DNA of 64,000 bases from Longimicrobiales bacterium. GTDB taxonomy: Bacteria > Gemmatimonadota > Gemmatimonadetes > Longimicrobiales > Gaopeijiaceae. Shown here in pieces: positions 30,754-39,704 of the stretch (its first letter is position 1; every line of letters begins with the position of its first letter). Below the pieces are notes generated by a model that was not told where the DNA came from, ran no database searches, and saw nothing but the letters and a program-made list of their open reading frames with translations. The position numbers and the translations under genes are program-made. The stretch is taken from NCBI GenBank assembly GCA_965219445.1, contig CBDCNQ010000002.1, positions 608,001-672,000 on the forward strand, written 5' to 3'.

Positions 30754-31962
30754 ATGCGCCCGATCCGCTCATTCATCCCGACCATTAGCATCGTGCTCGG
30801 CCTCTGGACCGTGCCCCCGGCCTGGGCTCAGGCGCAGGTCCACCAATCCGAGAGCGGACCCTACCGCGTCGTGACCGTCGTGGATGATCTGCAGGACCCC
30901 TGGTCCATCGCCTTCCTCCCCGGGGGTGAGATGCTGGTCACGGAGAAGCCCGGGCGGCTGCGGATCGTGCGCAACGGGGTCCTTCAGCCGGAGCCCATCA
31001 CCGGCACGCCAGAGGTCCGGTACCTGGGGCAGGGCGGCCTCCTGGACGTGGTGCTCCACCCGAACTACGAGTCCAACCGGCTCATCTACCTCAGCTTCTC
31101 CAAGCCGAACGACGATGGAAGCGAGGGTACGACCGCCGTGGTTCGAGGCCGGCTTGAGGGCAACCGCCTGGACAATGTAGAGGAGATCTTCGAGGCGAAG
31201 GCGTGGAGCCGAAGCGGAAGCCATTATGGATCCCGGCTGGCCTTCGACGCCCAGGGCTACCTCTTCATAACGGTTGGCGACCGGGGGGCGGGTCCGGCGA
31301 TCGAAACCGCGTATGTGCACCCTGCCCAGGATCTCACCAACCATCAGGGGACGGTCATTCGCCTGCATGACGACGGACGCGTCCCTGAGGACAATCCGTT
31401 CGTCGGCCGAGCCGACGCACTGCCCGAGATCTGGAGCTACGGCCACCGCAGCCCGCAGGGCCTCACTATCCATCCCGAGACGGGTGACATCTTCCAGAGC
31501 GAGCACGGGCCCCAGGGCGGGGACGAGCTGAATCTCATCCTGCGGGGGCGGAACTATGGCTGGCCCGTCATCGGCTACGGCACGAACTATGGGGGGACCC
31601 GCCTCTTCTCGACGAGGGAGGTCGACGGGATGGAACAGCCGCTCCAGCACTTCACTCCTTCCATCGCCCCCTCCGGGTTGATGGTCTATACCGGCGACCG
31701 CTTTCCGGAGTGGAAGAACAGCGTCTTCATGGGCGGTATGGCCGATCCGCAAGTCGCGCGGCTGCCTATCGTGGGTGAGGGTGAGGGTCTGTACGTCGGA
31801 AGGATGGAGCGGCCTCCATTGATGATCGGCTTCGGGCGCATCCGGGCCATCACGCAAGGGCCGGACGGCTTGATCTACATCGCGATCGACGACCGCCGGG
31901 GCGGTGGCCTCACGCCGATCGTACGCCTCGAGCCCGGCGATGGGGCCCAGGCGGCGGGATGA
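30754..31962 (+). CDS. PQQ-dependent sugar dehydrogenase (glucose/sorbosone family)
   Basis: PWSIAFLP, GQGGLLDV, HYGSRL, IWSYGHRSPQG, EHGPQGGDELN, NYGWP, SIAPSG. Confidence 0.92.
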   Translation: MRPIRSFIPTISIVLGLWTVPPAWAQAQVHQSESGPYRVVTVVDDLQDPWSIAFLPGGEMLVTEKPGRLRIVRNGVLQPEPITGTPEVRYLGQGGLLDVVLHPNYESNRLIYLSFSKPNDDGSEGTTAVVRGRLEGNRLDNVEEIFEAKAWSRSGSHYGSRLAFDAQGYLFITVGDRGAGPAIETAYVHPAQDLTNHQGTVIRLHDDGRVPEDNPFVGRADALPEIWSYGHRSPQGLTIHPETGDIFQSEHGPQGGDELNLILRGRNYGWPVIGYGTNYGGTRLFSTREVDGMEQPLQHFTPSIAPSGLMVYTGDRFPEWKNSVFMGGMADPQVARLPIVGEGEGLYVGRMERPPLMIGFGRIRAITQGPDGLIYIAIDDRRGGGLTPIVRLEPGDGAQAAG

Positions 31963-31981
31963 TCAGGGATGGGCTAGGACG

Positions 31982-32008
31982 GCCCCGGAGGGGAGTCCTC
32001 TCCGGGGT
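31982..32008. terminator. Hairpin between convergent genes
   Basis: CCCCGGAGGG-agt-CCTCTCCGGGG. Confidence 0.45.
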
Positions 32009-32030
32009 CTGACGGTGGGGAGTGGGGAGG

Positions 32031-33248
32031 CTACGCCCGCGCGACGCCACTCGCGATGAGCTCCTCTATCTCCTCACGGGAGTAGCCCAATTCCGCCAAC
32101 ACGTCCTTCGTGTGCTCCCCCAAAAGCGGGGCGCCTCGCTCGACGGACGCCGGCGTTTCGGAGAATTTCACCGGAAAGCCGAGCGTCCGGACGGGTCCCA
32201 GCTTCGAGTGCTCCACCTCGACGACCATGTCTCGGGCGAGCGTCTGGGGGAACTCGAGCATGTCGCTGATGCTCGCGACCGGACCGGCCGGCACACCCCC
32301 CTCTTCGAGGAGCCCGAGCCACTCAGCCGTCGGACGTGTCTTGAAGCGATCACCGAGGACCGAAGCGAGCTGCTTTACGTTTTGCATGCGATCCGCGTTC
32401 TCCAGGAAGCGGGGATCCTCGGCGAGCTCGGTAATCCCCATGACTTCGACGAGTCTGTGCCAGGTCGCTTGGTTCGAGCCCCCCACCGTGATCCACCCGT
32501 CCGACGTCTCGAAAGCCTGATAGGGTGCGGTCAGTGGATGGGCTGAACCCAAAGGCCCCGGCGAAACGCCCGTAGCCAGGGTCACGGCCGCCTGCCAAAA
32601 CGACTGCGTGACGCCCGCCTCGAACAGAGACGTGTCGATCCTCTGGCCTCTGCCCGTTTCGAGTCGCCGAACGCATGCAGCCAAGATGCCCATCGCGGCG
32701 AGTATGCCGGCCGTGATGTCGGTAAGAGGCGGGGCGCACTTCACCGGGGGCCTTCCCTCCCCCTCGCCGGTCACGCTCATGATCCCGCTGTAGCCCTGGG
32801 TAATGAGGTCGAAGCCCCCGAGGTGGGCCATGGGGCCGGTCCTTCCGAACCCCGAGATCTCGCAGTAGATGAGTCCTGGGTTCGTCTCCTTCAGCAGATC
32901 ATAACCGAGGCCGAGGCGATCCATCGTTCCGGTGCGGTGATTCTCGATCAACACGTCGGCTCGATCGACCAGCCGGCGAGCGACCTCGAGCCCGGCCTCC
33001 GACTTGAGGTCCAAGGCTATCCCGCGTTTGTTCCGGTTCAACATCATGAAGGCCACCGACTCACCGTCCAGGTCGGGGGGGCGGAAGCCACGCGTCGCAT
33101 CTCCTCCGGCAACCGGCTCCACCTTGACCACGTCGGCCCCCATGTCGGCGAGCATTCTACCGCACGTCGGACCGGCCATGATGTGCGCGAACTCGACGAC
33201 ACGCAGGCCTGCCAGCGGTCCACTCCGATCCGGTGGGCTCATATTCAT
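32031..33248 (-). CDS. CoA-transferase family III (CaiB/BaiF)
   Basis: GPLAGLRVVEF...AGP, GADVVKVE, NRNKR, ADVLIEN, ISGFG.TGP, APLLGEHT. Confidence 0.95.
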   Translation of the reverse strand: MNMSPPDRSGPLAGLRVVEFAHIMAGPTCGRMLADMGADVVKVEPVAGGDATRGFRPPDLDGESVAFMMLNRNKRGIALDLKSEAGLEVARRLVDRADVLIENHRTGTMDRLGLGYDLLKETNPGLIYCEISGFGRTGPMAHLGGFDLITQGYSGIMSVTGEGEGRPPVKCAPPLTDITAGILAAMGILAACVRRLETGRGQRIDTSLFEAGVTQSFWQAAVTLATGVSPGPLGSAHPLTAPYQAFETSDGWITVGGSNQATWHRLVEVMGITELAEDPRFLENADRMQNVKQLASVLGDRFKTRPTAEWLGLLEEGGVPAGPVASISDMLEFPQTLARDMVVEVEHSKLGPVRTLGFPVKFSETPASVERGAPLLGEHTKDVLAELGYSREEIEELIASGVARA

Positions 33249-33399
33249 GTCCTCCCAACCTGCAACATTTCTTCGGTGCTGCGCATGGAGACTTGCCCCC
33301 GGAGAGGTCCGGCATCGATTCCTCCTTCCGCAGCAAACGCGTCGCAGTGATACTTACGTATCGTCCGTATTGTGCGGCGGTCAAACTACTTACCGGCCT

Positions 33400-34065
33400 T
33401 GGGCAGCACAATCGAGCGGCACCGTGCTCGAGGGGGCCACGGCTTCCGTCGTCGGCATGGGAATCGACGATGTTGTCACCGACGCCGACGGGCGGTTCCA
33501 GCTGGCCCACCTCCCCGCCGGGCGAATCATACTGAGGATCGCGCTTTCCGGATATTCGTCGGCGGTGGAGTCGATCGACGTATCCCCGACGGAGGTGACT
33601 CGCGTTCGAGTCCTTATGCCCCCGGTCGATGCAACGGTGGACGAGCTTCTCGTGATGATGGGCGGAGTGCAGCGGTCGCTCACGGGAGCGGCTGTGGCCG
33701 AGGTCGAGCGCCGCGGCAACTCTGCGAGGAGCGCGCTGGATCTTCTGACGCAAGAAGTACCCGGTGTGGTTGTCGAGCTGAGCGGGGGCACCCTGAGTGG
33801 CGGCGCCAGGATTCGGATCCGCGGCTCGAGTTCCTTCCACAACAACAATCCCGCGATCTACCTCGACGGGGTCCGTATCGATGACGGCCAACCAGGGTCA
33901 GTCGCGATCCATGTCCTTGAGCTGATTCCCTCCGACGACGTAGAGCGCATCCAGATCCTTCGGGGAGCCTCGGCTGGGGCCGCATACGCGGACGCGGTGA
34001 ACGGGGTGATCCTCATTGAGACCCGGCGAGGGTGGGGTGGGGGCTCAGGGAGATCGCAGCCGTAG
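33400..34065 (+). CDS. TonB-dependent receptor plug-only protein or fragment
   Basis: TDADGRF carboxypeptidase-regulatory-like domain; IRIRGSSS, PAIYLDGV, VERIQILRG..A...Y...NGVILIETR; no barrel and no clear start or signal peptide. Confidence 0.6.
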   Translation, partial: WAAQSSGTVLEGATASVVGMGIDDVVTDADGRFQLAHLPAGRIILRIALSGYSSAVESIDVSPTEVTRVRVLMPPVDATVDELLVMMGGVQRSLTGAAVAEVERRGNSARSALDLLTQEVPGVVVELSGGTLSGGARIRIRGSSSFHNNNPAIYLDGVRIDDGQPGSVAIHVLELIPSDDVERIQILRGASAGAAYADAVNGVILIETRRGWGGGSGRSQP

Positions 34066-34135
34066 CTCCCACAACTCCCGAGTTCTTCGTAGTGGACTCT
34101 CCCCATTGTTCTCGGGGTCCCTGGCAGCACCGATA

Positions 34136-34163
34136 GCCCTCCGCCCTCCGCCCTCCGCCCTCC
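34136..34163. repeat. Heptamer tandem repeat (GCCCTCC)4
   Basis: Read directly; lies in the intergenic region upstream of susC. Confidence 0.85.
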
Positions 34164-34324
34164 GTCAGCTCTCCGCTCGACCCGTCGCGCACCGTCGCCA
34201 GGCAACAAGAAAGTCCTCCTTCTCGTACTATTGCGGAGGATCGGAGTGGTGGCTACCATATCCGGGTTTTCGTGCGGCCTCAATTCCACAGTAGGCGGCT
34301 TCCGTCATCGAGAGGAGGAGAACC

Positions 34325-37300
34325 ATGTTGCATATGCGTTTGTATACGATGCGAACCCTCGGCGTGTCTATATTTGTGGCACTCCTTGGCGCGTCGACAC
34401 TAGCGGCCCAGACGGGGACGCTGGCTGGGAGGGTAACCGACTCCGGAACCGGTCAGGCGGTGGCGTCGGCGCAAGTCGCCATCGAGAGCCTGGGGCTGGG
34501 AACGCTGAGTACGGCGAACGGATCCTTCAGCTTTGCCGTGCCACCTGGCGCACACACCGTGACGGTTCAGCGTCTGGGGTACGCAGAAACGACTGCAGCG
34601 GTCCAGATCGTGGCCGGTCAGACCGTCTCAATGGACTTCGTGATCGCTGAATCAGCGCTTCAGCTCGACGAGATCATTGTCACCGGCACCGCCGGTGGAA
34701 CTCAGAGACGCGCTCTCGGAAATGTCGTCGCCAGGGTGGATGCAGGAGCCATCGCGGCGGCGCCGATCACAAGCATGGAAAATTTGCTCCAGAGCAGAGT
34801 TCCAGGTGTGACACTCCACGTCGGCTCCGGCGCATTGGGCGTAGAAGGGAGTCAGATTCGCATCCGTGGGTCGTCGAGCATAGGTCTGCCCAACGACCCG
34901 CTCATATATATAGACGGCCGGCGCATGAACGCCGAGCGTTCCTTCAGGGCGGGTACGACCGGTACCGGGGCCTTTTCTAGGCTGGACGACATCAACCCCT
35001 CGGACATTGAAAGCATCGAGATCATCAAGGGCCCGGCCGCAGCTACGCTGTATGGCACGGAGGCTTCGAACGGAGTGATCCAGATCATCACAAAGCGTGG
35101 AGTAAGCGGTGCCACGAGGTTCGATGCGACCGTTGAGCTCGGGCGGAACTGGATACCCGGCGTGCACAAAAAGTTCAATACTACGCAGATATGGGGGAAG
35201 AACGCTGCCGGAGACCTCATCACCATGCACCTCTATACGAAGGAAGCGGAACGGTTGGCGGCAGGGGGGGTCGAGGCCCAGCTCTCGGCGGACCCCGGGT
35301 CATCGCTTGGCGCAGCATTTGGAGGGCCACTCTTTCAAGACGGTCTCATACAGCGATACGGCCTGTCAGCTACCGGTGGCACCGACGCGCTTCAATACTT
35401 CGCGTCGTTCAACCGCGTCGACTCGGAGGGGTTCGTCTCTTGGAACACGGATGTGCAGAACTCGGCGAGGTTGAACCTCACGGCGACGGTCAGCGACAAC
35501 CTGACCTTTGATCTCCAGGGCTCGTATCTGGAACGCCTAACCCGACATCCGGGGAATCTCTGGGCAGAATTTAGGCGAGGCCGTGTCAGCACAGCCGGGG
35601 ACATCGGGGGTAACAACCCGAATGTACGGCGGGGCTATGGAGTTGCACCGTTCGAGATATGGCGTGACGGAAACTTTGAAACAAACGACGTAGAACGGAG
35701 CAGCTGGGGCATAACGCTCAACTACAATCCCATCAGTTGGCTCGAGTTCCGGGGGACATTCGGAAACGACGTTTCAGAAGAGCTCTATACAGACTTCCGA
35801 AAGAAATTGGGAAAGCCCTTCGATGCCGCGTCCAGCGTTTATCTCGACGGTAGAATAGACCACGATCTGTTAAAGAACGTAAACCGGACGTTAGACCTCT
35901 CTACATCGGCGACCAGTCAGATTACAGACAACATCGGGGGCGTCACATCGGTTGGGCTTCAGTATTACGACAGGACTCAGTACCAGCTCAGCCTTCAAGG
36001 AGAAGAGTTCGCCACGGGGGCGCTATCCACGGTGGGCGGGACGGCGCTGACAGAAGCTGACGAAACGCGATTCGAGAATGCCACAGTCGGCGGCTTCCTC
36101 CAGCACCAGTTTGATTGGCAACAGAGAATCTTTCTGACGGCGGCAATACGAGCGGACGACAATAGTGCATTCGGTGAGGACTTTGACCTCGTCTACTATC
36201 CGAAGTTCAGTGGAACCTGGGTTGTCTCCGAAGAGCAGTTCTGGAACTTGGATTTTCTCAACCAGCTTCGGCTCAGGGGGGCATGGGGAAAGGCCGGACA
36301 GCAGCCCAACGTATTCGCTGCCACGAGGCTTTTCGAGGCCCGCGCTGGAACGGGGGACGCGGGCTACCTGACACCCATACAGTTCGGAAATCCTGATTTG
36401 GGGCCCGAAGTAGGTCAGGAGTTCGAGGTGGGTGTCGATCTGGCGGCTTACGACGATCGGATTGGAGTCGAGTTCACCTACTATACTAAGAAGACCAAAG
36501 ATGCCATCGTGAACACGCCGGTAGCCCCGTCGCTAGGCTTCCCAGGCTTCAAGTTCGTAAACATCGGTCAGGTCAGTAACTGGGGTACGGAATTGGCTGT
36601 CGACCTACAGGTTCTGACGACGAATTGGCTTCGGGCGGACCTAGGCATGTCCTGGGCCACGACGTTCTCTCGGATCGATGACATGGGCGGAATCTCTGAG
36701 ATCCCCATCCGTCGAACCAAGAGACACGTAGAGGGGTTCCCGCTGGCGGCCCAGTTCGAGCGCAAGGTTGTCTCCGCCGAGTGGTTTGACCCGGCTAACC
36801 CCACCGGAAGGGTGGCGAACCCCATGTGCGATAGCGGAACCGGCTATCTGGGGAGAGAGAGAGGTGGGGCTCCTGTTCCGTGCGACGAGGCGCCGCGCGT
36901 CTGGTGGGGTCGTCAGGCTGAGCCGACTTGGACGCTGCAGGCGTTTCCATCGTTCACCATCCGCAACAACTGGCGTGTGAGCGCCCTCTTCTACGCGCAG
37001 GGCGGCAACATGTATGGCTCCGACGCTCTGTACAATGCTGAGATCGCGTGGCGAAACACCAGAAAGGCCAACGTTCTAGATGAGTTGCTGTACGTGGCTC
37101 AGCGTTCCGTGGCGCCACCTGCGATGGGGTACTACAAGGGCGGATTTCTCAAGTTACGGGAAGTGTCGCTTGGCTATACCTTTCCCGTGGATATGCTCCC
37201 TGGCGGTGTGAGCGGGGCATCTATAACGGCCTCGGGCAGGAATCTGGGTGTCCTTTGGCAGGAAGGGAGGTTCAGTTATCTGAACAGGCAACCGGTTGGC

Positions 37301-37423
37301 GATCCGGAAAGGAACAGCATCGCAGCGACAGGACCCAATGAAGGCCACTTTACCGGCGAGCCTACATCGGGAACGATGCCTCCGGCCTCGCACATTACGA
37401 TAACCGCAAGGGTGTCATTTTGA
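34325..37423 (+). CDS. SusC/RagA family TonB-dependent transporter
   Basis: LDEIIVTG, IRIRG, DINPSDIESIEIIKGPAAATLYGTEASNGVIQIITKRG, RADDNSAFG, GNPDL.PE, terminal F. Confidence 0.95.
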   Translation: MLHMRLYTMRTLGVSIFVALLGASTLAAQTGTLAGRVTDSGTGQAVASAQVAIESLGLGTLSTANGSFSFAVPPGAHTVTVQRLGYAETTAAVQIVAGQTVSMDFVIAESALQLDEIIVTGTAGGTQRRALGNVVARVDAGAIAAAPITSMENLLQSRVPGVTLHVGSGALGVEGSQIRIRGSSSIGLPNDPLIYIDGRRMNAERSFRAGTTGTGAFSRLDDINPSDIESIEIIKGPAAATLYGTEASNGVIQIITKRGVSGATRFDATVELGRNWIPGVHKKFNTTQIWGKNAAGDLITMHLYTKEAERLAAGGVEAQLSADPGSSLGAAFGGPLFQDGLIQRYGLSATGGTDALQYFASFNRVDSEGFVSWNTDVQNSARLNLTATVSDNLTFDLQGSYLERLTRHPGNLWAEFRRGRVSTAGDIGGNNPNVRRGYGVAPFEIWRDGNFETNDVERSSWGITLNYNPISWLEFRGTFGNDVSEELYTDFRKKLGKPFDAASSVYLDGRIDHDLLKNVNRTLDLSTSATSQITDNIGGVTSVGLQYYDRTQYQLSLQGEEFATGALSTVGGTALTEADETRFENATVGGFLQHQFDWQQRIFLTAAIRADDNSAFGEDFDLVYYPKFSGTWVVSEEQFWNLDFLNQLRLRGAWGKAGQQPNVFAATRLFEARAGTGDAGYLTPIQFGNPDLGPEVGQEFEVGVDLAAYDDRIGVEFTYYTKKTKDAIVNTPVAPSLGFPGFKFVNIGQVSNWGTELAVDLQVLTTNWLRADLGMSWATTFSRIDDMGGISEIPIRRTKRHVEGFPLAAQFERKVVSAEWFDPANPTGRVANPMCDSGTGYLGRERGGAPVPCDEAPRVWWGRQAEPTWTLQAFPSFTIRNNWRVSALFYAQGGNMYGSDALYNAEIAWRNTRKANVLDELLYVAQRSVAPPAMGYYKGGFLKLREVSLGYTFPVDMLPGGVSGASITASGRNLGVLWQEGRFSYLNRQPVGDPERNSIAATGPNEGHFTGEPTSGTMPPASHITITARVSF

Positions 37424-38853
37424 ACGCCCGGGCCAAGAACGCCAGACGTGAGGGGGTACTCATGAGAAAGCTTAAGCATATAAGGAAGCATATAAGAGGC
37501 GGTCGTTTTTTCGCGATCGCGCTTTCGGGGCTCGTTCTTGGGACTCTAGCCGGATGCGAGTCTTTGTTGGACGTCGACCTCCCCGGGAGCGTCCTAGAAG
37601 AGGACCTAAACGACGCGACATTGGCGAATACGCTGGTCCTGGGGGTCCAGAGTGATTTCGAATGCGCGTTTAATGCGTGGATGCAGGTAATGTTGCTCTG
37701 GACTAGCACCATGGATACATCAGCAACGACGACTACAGCCGGAAACATCCAGACCCGGAGAGTAAAGGTTGAGGATTACGGACAAGGGGACTGCGCCGTC
37801 GACGGGAGTCCTCTTCCATTCTCGTTCTGGGGACCTCTCCATACTGCGCGCGTCGATGCCGACCGGGCCATCGCGCTCATCGAGGGCTTTGACGATGCTG
37901 TCCTCGCGTCCAATGAACTTTCCACAAAGGACTTCCTGTTTGGAAAGGCTCACGCATATGCGGGGTACAGCATTCAGCTCCTTGCGGAGTCATTTTGTGA
38001 GCTCTACTTCGATGCCGGTCCAGTTGAAACTCGCGAGGACGGGTTTAATAGGGCGGTGGCCCGTTTCGATTTAGCACTCGCCTCCTTGGCCAACGTGACT
38101 TCCGGCGACGACTTAGCAGAGGCTACATCTCTCACGAATATGGCACTCGTAGGGCGCGCGAGGGCTAATCTGTATCTTGGCAACGATGCGCTCGTGCTGG
38201 CGGACGCCGCGTTGGTTGATGTTGGTTTTGTCCGTATGATTGATCGCTCTAACTTAAACGATTTCCGCCGTAATCGTACCTATGACCAGAGCAACAAGGA
38301 TAGATCACGCTCAGTCTCTAACTTGCAAAGCATGTATCGAGAGGTGGAGCTTCCGATGATGGTCCATGGGAAGCTCGGTGATCATTGGACCCTGTTGGTT
38401 GATGGGGTCCCAGGGATCGGGGATCCAAGAGTGGTGAGTACAGGTCCTACGACCGGGAGTAACGGACACACTCCGTTGTACAAACAAGCGAAATACGAGG
38501 GCCAGGACTCTCCCATAATCTTCACTAGCTGGAAAGAAGCCCAACTCATGATTGCGGAGCTCAACCCGAGCCAATCAGTCGGCATCATCAACGCGCTGAG
38601 GGCTTATCATCCAGGCCTACCCGTTTATGCTGAAATCGACCCGGTTTTAATCGCAGCACAGGTGCTCGAAGAGCGCCGACGGGAGTTGTGGCTGCAGGGA
38701 AATCGGATGGGTGACCTGCTTAGATACGACGGGCAGCCCGGATTCGAGTGGGCGACCGACGTCACCCCGGCTGGTCAGACTATCGTTGAGTCAACGCCCC
38801 ACTGTATGATTACGCAGGTAGCCGAGACCGACGCCAACCCGAACGCAGAATAG
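37420..38853 (+). CDS. SusD/RagB family lipoprotein
   Basis: Lipobox LAGC, EAQLMIAE, INALR, EERRRELWLQGNRMGDLLR, ETDANPN. The start may be 37462. Confidence 0.92.
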   Translation: MNARAKNARREGVLMRKLKHIRKHIRGGRFFAIALSGLVLGTLAGCESLLDVDLPGSVLEEDLNDATLANTLVLGVQSDFECAFNAWMQVMLLWTSTMDTSATTTTAGNIQTRRVKVEDYGQGDCAVDGSPLPFSFWGPLHTARVDADRAIALIEGFDDAVLASNELSTKDFLFGKAHAYAGYSIQLLAESFCELYFDAGPVETREDGFNRAVARFDLALASLANVTSGDDLAEATSLTNMALVGRARANLYLGNDALVLADAALVDVGFVRMIDRSNLNDFRRNRTYDQSNKDRSRSVSNLQSMYREVELPMMVHGKLGDHWTLLVDGVPGIGDPRVVSTGPTTGSNGHTPLYKQAKYEGQDSPIIFTSWKEAQLMIAELNPSQSVGIINALRAYHPGLPVYAEIDPVLIAAQVLEERRRELWLQGNRMGDLLRYDGQPGFEWATDVTPAGQTIVESTPHCMITQVAETDANPNAE

Positions 38854-38903
38854 CCGCCTTGCCGCCGAGAGTTAGCCTCCATCCGCAACAGGGAGTTAGG
38901 GCC

Positions 38904-39704
38904 ATGAACCGCTCGAGTAGCATTGTTCCCATCCTAGCGCTCCCACTGATCCTATGGATGTCAGCCTGTACCGCCGGAGAAGACGCGTCGACCGGCGGGA
39001 ACGACATGGCGACACCGGCACAGGCGGTGATCGACCGCTGGGCCGGCTCGCCCTATCTCGGGGAGCTCAGAGACTCCGTCCTCTACGGTGAGATCTGGGA
39101 GCGGCCCCAGCTCTCCAAACGCGACCGCAGCATGATCACGATGGCGGCCCTCCAGGCGCTCTACCGGGACCAATTGAGGGGGCACATCGGCCGGGCTCTC
39201 GACAATGGTGTGACCCAGGAGGAGATTTCCGAGATCATCCTACAGGTGACGTTCTACGGGGGGGGTTGGCCGGCCGGTGTGAGGGCCTCCGGGATGGCAG
39301 GGGAGGTGTTCCAGGAGCGTGGACTCCCGGTGGATCAGACAATGGCGGCGCCCTGGGATCCACCGGGGTTGCCGCCCCAGGAGTACACCAGTGGCGGATA
39401 CGCAGCCATACCGAGGCTCGGGGAGCTTAGGAACAGCCTCCTCTACGGCGATGTCTGGGAGCGGCCGCAACTCTCGAAGCGTGACCGTAGCATGGTCACG
39501 GTGGCGGCCCTCCAGGCGCTCTACCGGGACCAAGCGCGGGGGCACATCGGCCGGGCTCTCAACAACGGTGTGACCCAGGAGGAGATCTCCGAGCTCATCC
39601 TGCACGTGATGTTCTATTCTGACTGGCCAGCGGCAGTCAAGGCAGGTGGCTTCGCGGCGGCGGTGTTCCAGGAGCGGGGCTTGCCGCTCGGCGGAGGGGG
39701 GTGA
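38904..39704 (+). CDS. Tandem carboxymuconolactone decarboxylase (CMD)-family lipoprotein
   Basis: Lipobox-like MSAC; two copies of LYG.IWERPQLSKRDRSM.T...H..RAL.NGVT.EEI.E (360-bp period). Confidence 0.85.
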   Translation: MNRSSSIVPILALPLILWMSACTAGEDASTGGNDMATPAQAVIDRWAGSPYLGELRDSVLYGEIWERPQLSKRDRSMITMAALQALYRDQLRGHIGRALDNGVTQEEISEIILQVTFYGGGWPAGVRASGMAGEVFQERGLPVDQTMAAPWDPPGLPPQEYTSGGYAAIPRLGELRNSLLYGDVWERPQLSKRDRSMVTVAALQALYRDQARGHIGRALNNGVTQEEISELILHVMFYSDWPAAVKAGGFAAAVFQERGLPLGGGG

